A stretch of DNA of 64,000 nt from Candidatus Latescibacterota bacterium. GTDB lineage: Bacteria; Latescibacterota; UBA2968; GCA-2709665. The notes under the pieces are model-generated. The model saw only the letters and a list, made by a program, of their open reading frames with translations, was not told the origin of the DNA and did no database searches. Every line of letters begins with the position of its first letter. Position 1 is the first letter of the stretch. Location: contig OZ242180.1 of the NCBI GenBank assembly GCA_965205485.1, positions 1,024,001-1,088,000 of the forward strand. The letters are read 5' to 3'. Below, in pieces: positions 9,488 through 18,465 of the stretch. A program made the translations under genes and the position numbers.

Positions 9488-10732
9488 TCAGGGCTTCCGC
9501 AGCAGGACGATCCGATTCGTGTTCGTTCCCTTTTTCAGGTTATCCACGCCCCAGCAGTTCGACGTCTTTGTGAAGACCTGGTCGTTTACAAGTACCATGA
9601 GCGGTTCTAGCCCCGCTTCCGCCGCGGCCGGGACTACAAGCGTTTCGAGGAGAATTTTCCCGCCGCGGACTTCCCCTACCTCGAAAGCGACATAGCCCCC
9701 GGGTTTGAGAACTCTCTTTAATTCAACAAACACGCTCTTCATGGCCGCCTGCCATTCCAGCGGCTTCTTAAAGTGCCATATGTCGACGGTCCGCGGGTCG
9801 ATGCCGTTGAACCAGCACCGCAGCCAGTTGTCCGCTTGGTAATCCACCACGTCCAGAAACGGCGGCGACGTCACGACGAGGCTGACCGAATCGCTATCGA
9901 TTCCCGGCGTGTTGTCGGACGATCCGGTGTTGAGCAATGCGTTTTTCGACGCCCCGTGAAGTCGTTCGAATTCAAAAACTTCAAGTTTGCTCAGGAGCGA
10001 TCCGGACTTCTTCAGAATCGACACCCGAACGTCCCGATGAGGAGGCGTCTGACTTCGACTGCTATTGATACCCCGCTGCCGCTCTACGGTGACCGCCTGG
10101 TTCGGAGGCAGCGTATAGACGGAAAAGAATCCGGGGGAATGTCCCGTCAGCCGGTTGGTCGCCACCATCCGGATCCACCGGTCGACCGCATCCAGACCGC
10201 CGTCTTCCTGTTTCCCGATCAGGAAGTTCCGAAGGTTGGTAATCTGACGCAGCGTGTTCGGATGATAGAACGTAAGCAGGTCGTCCCGCGTCTCGCAGTC
10301 GCCTTCGAGAGGCAGTTCCCTCAGTCGTCCCGAAACGGCCGCAAGGGGCGGGGGATCCAGCCGCGGCGCCACGAGTATCTCGCTCAGCGGATTGACGTCC
10401 GTCCCAATCGGGGTACGCCCCAGCAAAACCGCCTCGATAGCGGTCGTCCCGCGGCCCAGAAACGGATCGTAGACGGCGTCGCCCGGGCTGGTCAGCCGCT
10501 CAATGAAAAAACGTGGCAACTGGGGCTTGAAGCAGGCGCGGTACGAAATTTCGTGGAGCGAGTGCGCCGCTCTTTGTCGCGATGTCCAGAACTCATTCAC
10601 ATAGACCGGAATATTGAAATCCGGAACCGGGAATTCCAGGATTGCCGTTTCCTTGTGAAAATCGTCGAAACACACGATATCGCCGAGGAATTCCTCATAC
10701 GACAGGGGTCGCATTGACGTATCGATGCGCAT
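9488..10732 (-). CDS. Orphan amino-DNA methyltransferase (N4-C/N6-A, motif I before motif IV)
   Basis: VYDPFLGRGTT (motif I), LVVTSPPF (motif IV), RVLKPGG. Start placed at ATG 10732, just after the upstream stop; the ORF track extends it to 10807. Confidence 0.85.
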   Translation of the reverse strand: MRIDTSMRPLSYEEFLGDIVCFDDFHKETAILEFPVPDFNIPVYVNEFWTSRQRAAHSLHEISYRACFKPQLPRFFIERLTSPGDAVYDPFLGRGTTAIEAVLLGRTPIGTDVNPLSEILVAPRLDPPPLAAVSGRLRELPLEGDCETRDDLLTFYHPNTLRQITNLRNFLIGKQEDGGLDAVDRWIRMVATNRLTGHSPGFFSVYTLPPNQAVTVERQRGINSSRSQTPPHRDVRVSILKKSGSLLSKLEVFEFERLHGASKNALLNTGSSDNTPGIDSDSVSLVVTSPPFLDVVDYQADNWLRCWFNGIDPRTVDIWHFKKPLEWQAAMKSVFVELKRVLKPGGYVAFEVGEVRGGKILLETLVVPAAAEAGLEPLMVLVNDQVFTKTSNCWGVDNLKKGTNTNRIVLLRKP

Positions 10733-10733
10733 A

Positions 10734-11768
10734 CTACTCCCCTTCGGATACCAGCCGGCGGCGGCGGCGGGCCAGCTCCCGCATGTCCGTGACCGTATCG
10801 GACTCATCCACGATCTCCCGGCCCAGGATCTCTTCCAGCACGTCTTCCAGCGTCAGGACTCCGGCCAGTCCGCCGTATTCGTCGATGACCGCAAAGAGAT
10901 GTTGCCGCATTTCGAGGAACATCTGCAGAACGCGGTCCAGCGCCACTGTCTCCGCAACGAAGTGAACCGGATGCATCAATTCAGATATGGGTCTCTGCCC
11001 GTGACCCTCCGCCAGCGCGTTCAGCACGTCGCGGCGCATCACGACGCCAATGACGTCCTCGAAGCCCTCCTCATAGACGGGAACCCTGCTGTGCTGCCAG
11101 GTACCGGCTTCCTTCTGCGCCTGCTCCACGGTCAGACCCGCGCTCAGCGCGAATACGACCGTCCGCGGCGTCATCACGTCTTTCGCCGTCTTGCGTTTGA
11201 GCGAGAGAATATTCTGCATCACGCGGGCCTCGTGCGGCTCGATCGCGCCTGCTTCTCTCCCCATCCGCGCCATTGAGGAGATTTCTTCTTCGGAAACCTC
11301 GTCGGACGTCCGACCCTTCGAGAACGCCCTGGTCACAAGCCGGCATGTCTCGACAAACGGGTACATTGCCAGGACAAGAAATCGAAGCGGTATCGCGATC
11401 AGACTCGCCAGGGACCGGCTGTAGACCACGCCGACGGTCTTGGGAATAACCTCCGACAGGAGCAGGACCGAAAGTGTGATGAATATCGTAAAATAGTGTT
11501 CCCACTGCGCGCCGTAGACCTTTATGAACGCCGCGCCTGCCAGGAACGCGCCGCCGGTATTGGCAATCGTATTCAGGGAGAGGATGGCCGAGATGGGACG
11601 GTCGACGTTGCGCATCCGCAGGTCCTTCAGGATACGGCCAGAGACTGTTCCTTTCTGCGAAAGGCTTTCGACGTAGCTTACCGGAACGGCGTAGAGAACG
11701 GCTTCAGCGAGAGAGCACGTCGCGGAAACGAATATAACGGCGCATACGAATATTATGAGCTCGACCAC
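10734..11768 (-). CDS. CNNM/DUF21 + CBS-pair protein (hemolysin/TlyC/CorB-like Mg2+ transporter family)
   Basis: SATCSLAEAVL, ILSLNTIAN, LSEVIPKT, DVMTPRT, HSRVPVY, VIDEYGGLAGVLTLEDVLEEILGREIVDESD. Confidence 0.9.
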   Translation of the reverse strand: MVELIIFVCAVIFVSATCSLAEAVLYAVPVSYVESLSQKGTVSGRILKDLRMRNVDRPISAILSLNTIANTGGAFLAGAAFIKVYGAQWEHYFTIFITLSVLLLSEVIPKTVGVVYSRSLASLIAIPLRFLVLAMYPFVETCRLVTRAFSKGRTSDEVSEEEISSMARMGREAGAIEPHEARVMQNILSLKRKTAKDVMTPRTVVFALSAGLTVEQAQKEAGTWQHSRVPVYEEGFEDVIGVVMRRDVLNALAEGHGQRPISELMHPVHFVAETVALDRVLQMFLEMRQHLFAVIDEYGGLAGVLTLEDVLEEILGREIVDESDTVTDMRELARRRRRLVSEGE

Positions 11769-11877
11769 GTTGGTTTACCTCCAGTACACGAAAGAGATTC
11801 GCGAATGAATTTAAGATGACCGGCTGGCGTATTTCGGGCACCGGGTCCCAGGAATCGCGGGGCCGCCGGATCCAAAA

Positions 11878-14616
11878 TCAATTCCCGGTAATTCGCCCGC
11901 CAAATTGCGCCGCAAGGATCAGGAAATCCCCGAACCCGACTTCGCCGTCGCCGTTCAGGTCGAACCTGACGTCCCAGCCCGTCGTTCCCGCGCGGGACCC
12001 GAACGCATGTGCAAGCGCCAGGAAGTCGCTGAAACCCACCATACCGTTCCCGTCAAAGTCGGCGCTCAATACAACGGGCGTCTCGTCGAACGCCGGCAGC
12101 CAGACGCCGTTCGACAGGACGAATTCACCCTCACCGTCCGGGAAGTCGCGCAACCGGCCGGACCCGTCGCGGTACCGGAGCATGTCCAGCACCCTGGCCC
12201 TGCGTCCCCCGGCTCCATCACGGGTGATCACCATGGCGCGCCCGTCGGTCTCGAGCCCATCCACGGCCACCACCTCCGCCGTTCGATTGAGTCCCACCCG
12301 GGTACTATCCGAAAACGTAACGAGCAGGACGCGAGGTGTGATTTCCAGCGCCGGGCGCGTCCCCGAGGGGTCGAGGCCCAGTACGGCCACAATCGGCGTG
12401 GCACTTACCGGCCCGGTGGTCAGCTGCAGCCGGCCGATCCTAGGGTGATAGTCGGGACGCGCGATATTGTTCCACGTTGGCTCATAGCGGTCGATATGCG
12501 ATGCCATGCCGTTTGGAGTCAGAATATCGATCTGCAGCGAGGCGGCCCCGTAAGCGACTGCAAACCGCCCCTCGCCCGCCGACACCACGTCTGCCTCTTC
12601 GTCGAAATGAAGCAGCCAGGTGAAACGCCGGGGCCGGTCGGCCTCGAGATGATCTGCGACAATTACGCGATTGCCGTCCAGCAACAACATCTGGCGTGTG
12701 AAGCGCTTTAGACCCAGTTCGGGAGGGTACGCGGATGCGGCCTCCCCACGCACATACGGAAACTCGGTGGAGGCGTACCCGATGTATGACCACCCGGGAT
12801 ACCAGCGCGGCCACCGCTCTCCGTCGCCGTACTGGCCCTGCCCGTCCACCAGGACCGTGTTGTGGTTCGCCGTCAGCTTTTTCAACGTATAGCCTGGATC
12901 GATCAACAGCTCCTTGCCGCTGCCGTACAGCACAAAGCTGTTCTGCGCGGGGTGGTTGTGCCCTACGCCGCCGATCCAGGGATACGCCTCGATCAGACGA
13001 GCCAGGGTATGCCCCCCCAGGGGGCGCGACCCAATTGCGAACATCGTAGCGTCCGTGTGCCACGATGTCCGAGCAAAATACGCTTCCACGTCTGGGTAAT
13101 ATGCCAGCTTCGGCATCAGTTCGTCCAGCGTTCCCGCTGTCGAACCGATATCTCCGGCCAGCGCCCTCAGGGTCCACCAGTGAGTACTCCGCTTCCCTTC
13201 GTGAATCAACTCGGCGATTCTGAACAGCCGCGGGTCCCGGTTGCGCGCGGCCAGCCAGAGCAGCGTCTCCAGCGCGGGTACAACCCCGGGACGAAACGTA
13301 TCTTCGATTGCAGCGCCCGAACGCAGATCGGGATACACGTAATGAATCGGGAAATAGCCGGTCTTCCTCAGCCACGTGTCCGCATACGCGATGGTCTGCC
13401 CGGTGGTGTGTTCATACAGGTCGATCCATCGAAAAAGCGACCCCATTGAGAAGTTCCAGTACGCAGGCCCCTCGTGGAACCCCCCGTCCTGTGCGAAGGT
13501 CTTCAGCGTCCCCTGGAGGCGGTCCCAGCTCCAGGCCATCCACACCTCGGCTTCGGGTACCTCGCCGTAAAGCGCGGCGCCGGCCGCGCCGATGGCGTAA
13601 TTGTCGAACCAGTAGTGGTTCTGCTGCACCGTGCGCGCCCAGTACATACGCTCCATAAAGGACGCCTCGAACATGAGCCGCGCCTGATACGCCAGCTTCT
13701 CCCTGATGATCCGCCGTTCCTCCTCCGTGAACCAGTTGTAGAGCCAGTCGTAGGCGACGGCGGTCCCGTGGAGCATATAAGCCGCGTCCAGGTCCAGATC
13801 CGGTGTGCTGTGCGACCATCCGTCAGGGAGCCACTTATCGTATGTACAGATCGTGAGAACGTGACGCCGGATGGCCTCGAAGCGTTCGGCAGCATCGGGG
13901 GAATTGGCGAGAAGGCAGGAGATTGCCTCATTTTCCATGCGCCACGACCACCCCGCGCGCTTCGGCGGACCCGAGGCCGGGGGCGGCGTTCCTCGCAAAA
14001 CCCCCCGCGGTCGATAGAGCCGTTGGCCGGCGTCACTCCGCTGTGCCGCGCGTAAACGCTCGATGTCCCACCGCGTCACAAACAGGCGGGGACGCTCCCG
14101 GGTCAGGTCGGGGCGGATAACCGACCCGGCATCGAAATGAACCGTGAGACGCGTCAGCTTCAGGCGGGCAACGCTCACGCCGGGCCGTTCCCGCAGCACA
14201 AGGCGAATGGACGTTTCACCCGACACGTCCAGTCGAAAACCCCGATGCACCTCCGCGTACCCGCCCTTGGGCAGCACGATCGCTTGCGGCTGCCGCTCTC
14301 CGTTCACCTCCAGCCAGAAGGAATCGGTTGACGTCGTCGGGGCCAGGCAGAGAACGCTCAGCCGGTAGATCCCCGGCGTCAGGTCCCGATCCAGCGTCAG
14401 CGCGAAATCCGTCCCCAGGGTGCGAACCACTGTCCCCGGCTCGCGACGGACCAGATCGAACCTCCCGGAAGCGACCTGGTTGAGCGCTTCACCCGCCGCC
14501 GAAAAGAGCACGTCTTCCCTAATTAGATCGCTCCTGGAAGGATCGTCAGGAACGGCAGTGGCAGGGGTTTCCATCCAAAAGGCCAGGAACAGGACCAAAG
14601 AGAAATATCGCCGCAT
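11878..14616 (-). CDS. Secreted DUF4962/heparinase II/III-like lyase with C-terminal double EF-hand (dockerin-like) module
   Basis: Signal peptide MRRYFSLVLFLAFWMETPATA. Motifs RPRLF, QNHYW, DGGFHEGPAYW, GHNHPAQNSF, DPGY..HNTVLVDGQGQ. C-terminal DFDGNGMVGFSDF...FDLNGDGEVGFGDF. Confidence 0.8.
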   Translation of the reverse strand: MRRYFSLVLFLAFWMETPATAVPDDPSRSDLIREDVLFSAAGEALNQVASGRFDLVRREPGTVVRTLGTDFALTLDRDLTPGIYRLSVLCLAPTTSTDSFWLEVNGERQPQAIVLPKGGYAEVHRGFRLDVSGETSIRLVLRERPGVSVARLKLTRLTVHFDAGSVIRPDLTRERPRLFVTRWDIERLRAAQRSDAGQRLYRPRGVLRGTPPPASGPPKRAGWSWRMENEAISCLLANSPDAAERFEAIRRHVLTICTYDKWLPDGWSHSTPDLDLDAAYMLHGTAVAYDWLYNWFTEEERRIIREKLAYQARLMFEASFMERMYWARTVQQNHYWFDNYAIGAAGAALYGEVPEAEVWMAWSWDRLQGTLKTFAQDGGFHEGPAYWNFSMGSLFRWIDLYEHTTGQTIAYADTWLRKTGYFPIHYVYPDLRSGAAIEDTFRPGVVPALETLLWLAARNRDPRLFRIAELIHEGKRSTHWWTLRALAGDIGSTAGTLDELMPKLAYYPDVEAYFARTSWHTDATMFAIGSRPLGGHTLARLIEAYPWIGGVGHNHPAQNSFVLYGSGKELLIDPGYTLKKLTANHNTVLVDGQGQYGDGERWPRWYPGWSYIGYASTEFPYVRGEAASAYPPELGLKRFTRQMLLLDGNRVIVADHLEADRPRRFTWLLHFDEEADVVSAGEGRFAVAYGAASLQIDILTPNGMASHIDRYEPTWNNIARPDYHPRIGRLQLTTGPVSATPIVAVLGLDPSGTRPALEITPRVLLVTFSDSTRVGLNRTAEVVAVDGLETDGRAMVITRDGAGGRRARVLDMLRYRDGSGRLRDFPDGEGEFVLSNGVWLPAFDETPVVLSADFDGNGMVGFSDFLALAHAFGSRAGTTGWDVRFDLNGDGEVGFGDFLILAAQFGGRITGN

Positions 14617-14721
14617 GTTTCCGGCTCCCTCGACTCCCCGAAAGAATCCGCAGCCGGACGTAGCCACTCTCCGGTCGGCCATCGTTGTCACATCGTGGAA
14701 AACGCGACGATCGAGCCGTCC

Positions 14722-17700
14722 TCACACGCCCAGCAGCGACAGCGTCCCGTCCGAACATCCGATCAGCAGACGGCTTTCTCCATGCGCCGTCAGGGTGTGT
14801 ATCTCAGACTCTGCACGGTGAAGGCCGAGGGGCCGTCCGTCCCCGTCCAGCACCCACACGGATCCGTCCTCACACCCCGCGGCGATCTTCGCGTCACCGT
14901 CCAGTCCGGCCACCATCACCTGTTGTACGGGCGCACCAAGGTTACGCCGCCATCGTTCCTTTCCGTTTTCGTCCAACAGGTATATATAGAAACAGTCCGA
15001 CCCGACCAGGACCTCCGGTCTGCTGTCTCCGTCCACGTCCGCGGCGCAGACCGAGTTGACTTCCTCTCCCACCCGCTGCTTCCAGATCGTCTCCAGTCGA
15101 TTGCCGTCCAGTTTCAACCCGAAAACATGCGACCGGTTCGTCCCGCACGCGATGAGGTGCTCGTCCCCCCGTACCCAGACGTCACACGCGGGCATCATCG
15201 ACGCCCACCCGTCCAGCCCGTTGCTCGCGACCTCCGCGCCGTCGGCATCCAGCACATAACAGGTCCCCCCGCATGTAATGCGGCCCGGACCGCCGATCAC
15301 CTCCAGCCTTCCGTCCCCGTTAATATCCGCTACGCGAAGCGGCGCGAATATCCCGTAGATCATAAAACTCCACCGCTCGTTTCCGCTCGCGTCGAAACAG
15401 TGGAGCTGCCGGTCCGAGACCGCCGCCAGAATGTCCATCCCACCGTCACCGCGCAGGTCCGCCGCCGTCACGAACTCCACCGCGGAGTTTCGCGCGTACC
15501 GGTCCCACGTCCCCCTGAATATCTCAAACGCGCGAGACCACCGTACCTCTCCGCCTTCCTCCAGCAGATAGAGACGCCGGTCGTCGGCGCCCGCGATTAC
15601 ACAGCGGCGGCCATCAAGGTCCGCCGGGCACACCGAGAGTACGGGACCCTGTGCCTGGAAGGACCATGCCCGCTTTCCGTAATCGTCCAGCGCCAGGACC
15701 CGTCCGTCTTCCGTCCCCAGGACCACCCCGTCCGCGTTCGCGGCGGCACAGCGTACGCCGGAACCGGCGTCGTACGTCCAGACCCTGTGCAGCCCGGGTG
15801 CGGACGCCGCCGGTGCGGGCGCTCGAAAATCCGCCTCGTACGCGTGCAGGTCTGCAGTCCCGCCCATCGAAAATACATCTGCTCCGGGCCTATGCGCTTT
15901 TACCGTCTGCCGCCCGGCCGCAACGTGTAGACGCTCTCCGTTCAGCGTGATCTCGCCGGGCCGAGGCGCGACAACCACGCCTTCGCCCGCGTCCGGATCG
16001 AACTCTACTGAAACCGGGTGTTCGCTCTCAAAATTCACGCGTTCCGAACACAGCGACGTGCCGTTGCACAGCGCAAACCACCCGTCGCCGGCCGCATAGA
16101 TTTCGGCGCGGCCGGATAACGGCCCGACTTCGAACGCGCCCGTCCCGCCTCCGGTCCCCACCAGCATGCGGCCTTGCGACCCCTCGACCGCCACCGCCGA
16201 TTCCCCGACGCGGCGCATCCGGTCGTCCACGGGCTTGTGTGGGTTGGAGGCATAGAACAGGTTGATAAACGTGTGCCGGTCTCCCGCCGCCATCTCCCGG
16301 TTGGCCGACTCGCGCAGAATATTCACATAGTCATCCGCATAGGGATATGCGTCCCACCAGTGGCCGAAGTTCTCCCAGTCCCGCTCCAGCGACATCCGGC
16401 CCCCGCCCACGCTCTGCAGAACAAACCGGTCTTCGCGCCCGGTCTCGGAGTCCTGCTGCACCACCTCGAGCGTTCCGTCCTTCAATGCCGGCGTCCCCAA
16501 TGTGCGCCAGTGACACTGCAGCGCGAACGCGCCCGGCTTCGTCGCTTCGACCTCGTCCACCACCACGAAAAACCGGCCCCTGCGCCACACGACGTTCCGG
16601 ATCCACAGGGCGCCCCAATCGCCAGCGACTGACGTCCGGCTCATTCCCAGACGGCCCAGGTCCGCCACGCCATCCAGCCGGCAAAGCGCCGGAACGTCCC
16701 ACGCCTCCCCATCCCGTACCGCCGTCACGCCGTTGTGGTGCTTCAGCGTCGGACCCTCCGTATACGACGCGTCCACCAGGAAAATCCGGTCGTTGGCGGA
16801 AAATTCCGGTATGGTATTCCCGTCTTCGTGGCTGTGATTGCCGTAATAGATCCCGTGAAGCATCAGGTACTGGTCGTCCCGGCCGAAACCCTCCCGGAAA
16901 CAGACCGTATCGAACGCCTCTTCTTTCGGCAGGTTCAACGGCTTCACTTCGCGTGGCCTCGCCCTGGGGTCTTCGGCGAGATCGTAGAAACCGCCGGCGA
17001 CCTCGAGAACCTGCACCCCGGCCATCCCTTCCGGGACCTCGGGAGGCAGCCCGTCGCAGAAGTACTTCTCGAAACTCATCACGAGCAACGGATCTCTCAC
17101 CGCCTCGTACCGCTCGCCCGGCGGCTGGGGCCGAAAATAGTCCGAGGGCCGGTCAAACCGTTTGCCCAACAGAAACACCGCACGCCCGTCCTGCAGCACG
17201 TGCCCCGCCTTGGCCAGGAAATTCGTTGGGTATCCGTCCATCGGCGCGCCCGTATCTCCGAACGCGGGCAGGGCTCCCCGGTTGTTGCAATACAGCACCG
17301 CCTGGTCCAGAGACCCTTTGCAGTTTCCGTTCTCGATATAGGTCGTGTCCCCACTCGCCAGCGTATAGGTCAATGTGTGGTCCAGCGTCATCCACTGGTA
17401 GGCATTGGCATCCTCGACCGGTTTGAACGACTCCGCCTGACCCTTGAACACGTCGGCAGACGCGGCCATCCACTCCTTGCCCTCTTCAAGTCCGTAGTGG
17501 GTTGAAAAATACCTTCCTCCGAACCACGCCGCCAGCGCCACCAGCGTCTGGTGGTTCTGCCGGACCATCCGGTGCCCGACGCCTTCGCGGAAGAACCGGG
17601 TATACGCACCCTCCTCCGAATCCATGATCCACAGAAGGTATTGCGTGATCTTCAGCCGGTCCTCATCGGAAAACACCGGGCTCTCCTCGATCAGGTCCCA

Positions 17701-18465
17701 TACCGCTGCCAGCCACCAGACGTGGAAGTGCGCCATCACCCCGTACTCGCCCATCCTCAGGTGGGCCTTCGCGATTTCCAGAACGGCGGATGCGTACGCC
17801 TCGTGCCCGGTCCGGTGATACATCAGGCCGTACGCGCCCGCCTCCGAAATCAGCTGGAAACCGGCGCCCGCCTCGGAAGCGTGCGGCGCCGTCGCACGCG
17901 CGTTAAAGTCCTCCCGCCGTTCCTGCAGCCATCCCTCCGGCGGACGGGAAAATGCGTCGAACTCGGGACCCAGCCGGATTTCCATCGTCCACCCCACGCT
18001 GAACGTCTTTTCATCCGCTACAAGCCCCACAAACCGCGAAGTCACCCGTTCCAGCCCCGCGTCATCGCTGGCCCCCAGCAGCACCACGTTGTTCCCGTTC
18101 CCAAGAGGGTTGTGCAGCGTCCGCAGCGCGTACCCGCCCCTTCCGGGATAGCAGCGGTCTTCCACCGCCCACCACTGGTAATAAAGCCACCGGATGAAGG
18201 CGTTGTCGGCCATATTCCCCAGCGCCACCACGTGACCCTCCAGCAGCGCCCCGGCCGCCGCGTCTGCTGCCCGGACCACCTCCAACCGCGCCCCGGCTGC
18301 CGCCTCGACCCGCTCGACGATTCTGGCTGCCTGCCGTGCGTGCGTCCCGTCCCCGCCGATGACGACCCTCGCGTCTGGTTTGCCGTTGACAACCAGCGCC
18401 GTCTCCGGGCACATGTCCTTCAACACATCCACCTTCAGGCCCGTCGGTCCGTTATTCACGCTCAT
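14722..18465 (-). CDS. Large heparinase II/III-like protein with C-terminal PQQ/FG-GAP-type beta-propeller
   Basis: 1247 aa. QNHQ, EDANAYQW, PAFGD, GNHSHEDGN, HNGV. The C-terminal third has repeats ADLDG/ADINGDG/ADVDGD with W-x-F blades. ATGA overlap with the upstream gene. Confidence 0.7.
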   Translation of the reverse strand: MSVNNGPTGLKVDVLKDMCPETALVVNGKPDARVVIGGDGTHARQAARIVERVEAAAGARLEVVRAADAAAGALLEGHVVALGNMADNAFIRWLYYQWWAVEDRCYPGRGGYALRTLHNPLGNGNNVVLLGASDDAGLERVTSRFVGLVADEKTFSVGWTMEIRLGPEFDAFSRPPEGWLQERREDFNARATAPHASEAGAGFQLISEAGAYGLMYHRTGHEAYASAVLEIAKAHLRMGEYGVMAHFHVWWLAAVWDLIEESPVFSDEDRLKITQYLLWIMDSEEGAYTRFFREGVGHRMVRQNHQTLVALAAWFGGRYFSTHYGLEEGKEWMAASADVFKGQAESFKPVEDANAYQWMTLDHTLTYTLASGDTTYIENGNCKGSLDQAVLYCNNRGALPAFGDTGAPMDGYPTNFLAKAGHVLQDGRAVFLLGKRFDRPSDYFRPQPPGERYEAVRDPLLVMSFEKYFCDGLPPEVPEGMAGVQVLEVAGGFYDLAEDPRARPREVKPLNLPKEEAFDTVCFREGFGRDDQYLMLHGIYYGNHSHEDGNTIPEFSANDRIFLVDASYTEGPTLKHHNGVTAVRDGEAWDVPALCRLDGVADLGRLGMSRTSVAGDWGALWIRNVVWRRGRFFVVVDEVEATKPGAFALQCHWRTLGTPALKDGTLEVVQQDSETGREDRFVLQSVGGGRMSLERDWENFGHWWDAYPYADDYVNILRESANREMAAGDRHTFINLFYASNPHKPVDDRMRRVGESAVAVEGSQGRMLVGTGGGTGAFEVGPLSGRAEIYAAGDGWFALCNGTSLCSERVNFESEHPVSVEFDPDAGEGVVVAPRPGEITLNGERLHVAAGRQTVKAHRPGADVFSMGGTADLHAYEADFRAPAPAASAPGLHRVWTYDAGSGVRCAAANADGVVLGTEDGRVLALDDYGKRAWSFQAQGPVLSVCPADLDGRRCVIAGADDRRLYLLEEGGEVRWSRAFEIFRGTWDRYARNSAVEFVTAADLRGDGGMDILAAVSDRQLHCFDASGNERWSFMIYGIFAPLRVADINGDGRLEVIGGPGRITCGGTCYVLDADGAEVASNGLDGWASMMPACDVWVRGDEHLIACGTNRSHVFGLKLDGNRLETIWKQRVGEEVNSVCAADVDGDSRPEVLVGSDCFYIYLLDENGKERWRRNLGAPVQQVMVAGLDGDAKIAAGCEDGSVWVLDGDGRPLGLHRAESEIHTLTAHGESRLLIGCSDGTLSLLGV

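Noticed and set aside
9488..10732. Restriction-modification or anti-phage defence island
   Set aside because: There is no nuclease, helicase or other defence gene nearby; the flanking genes are CNNM and an S55 peptidase.
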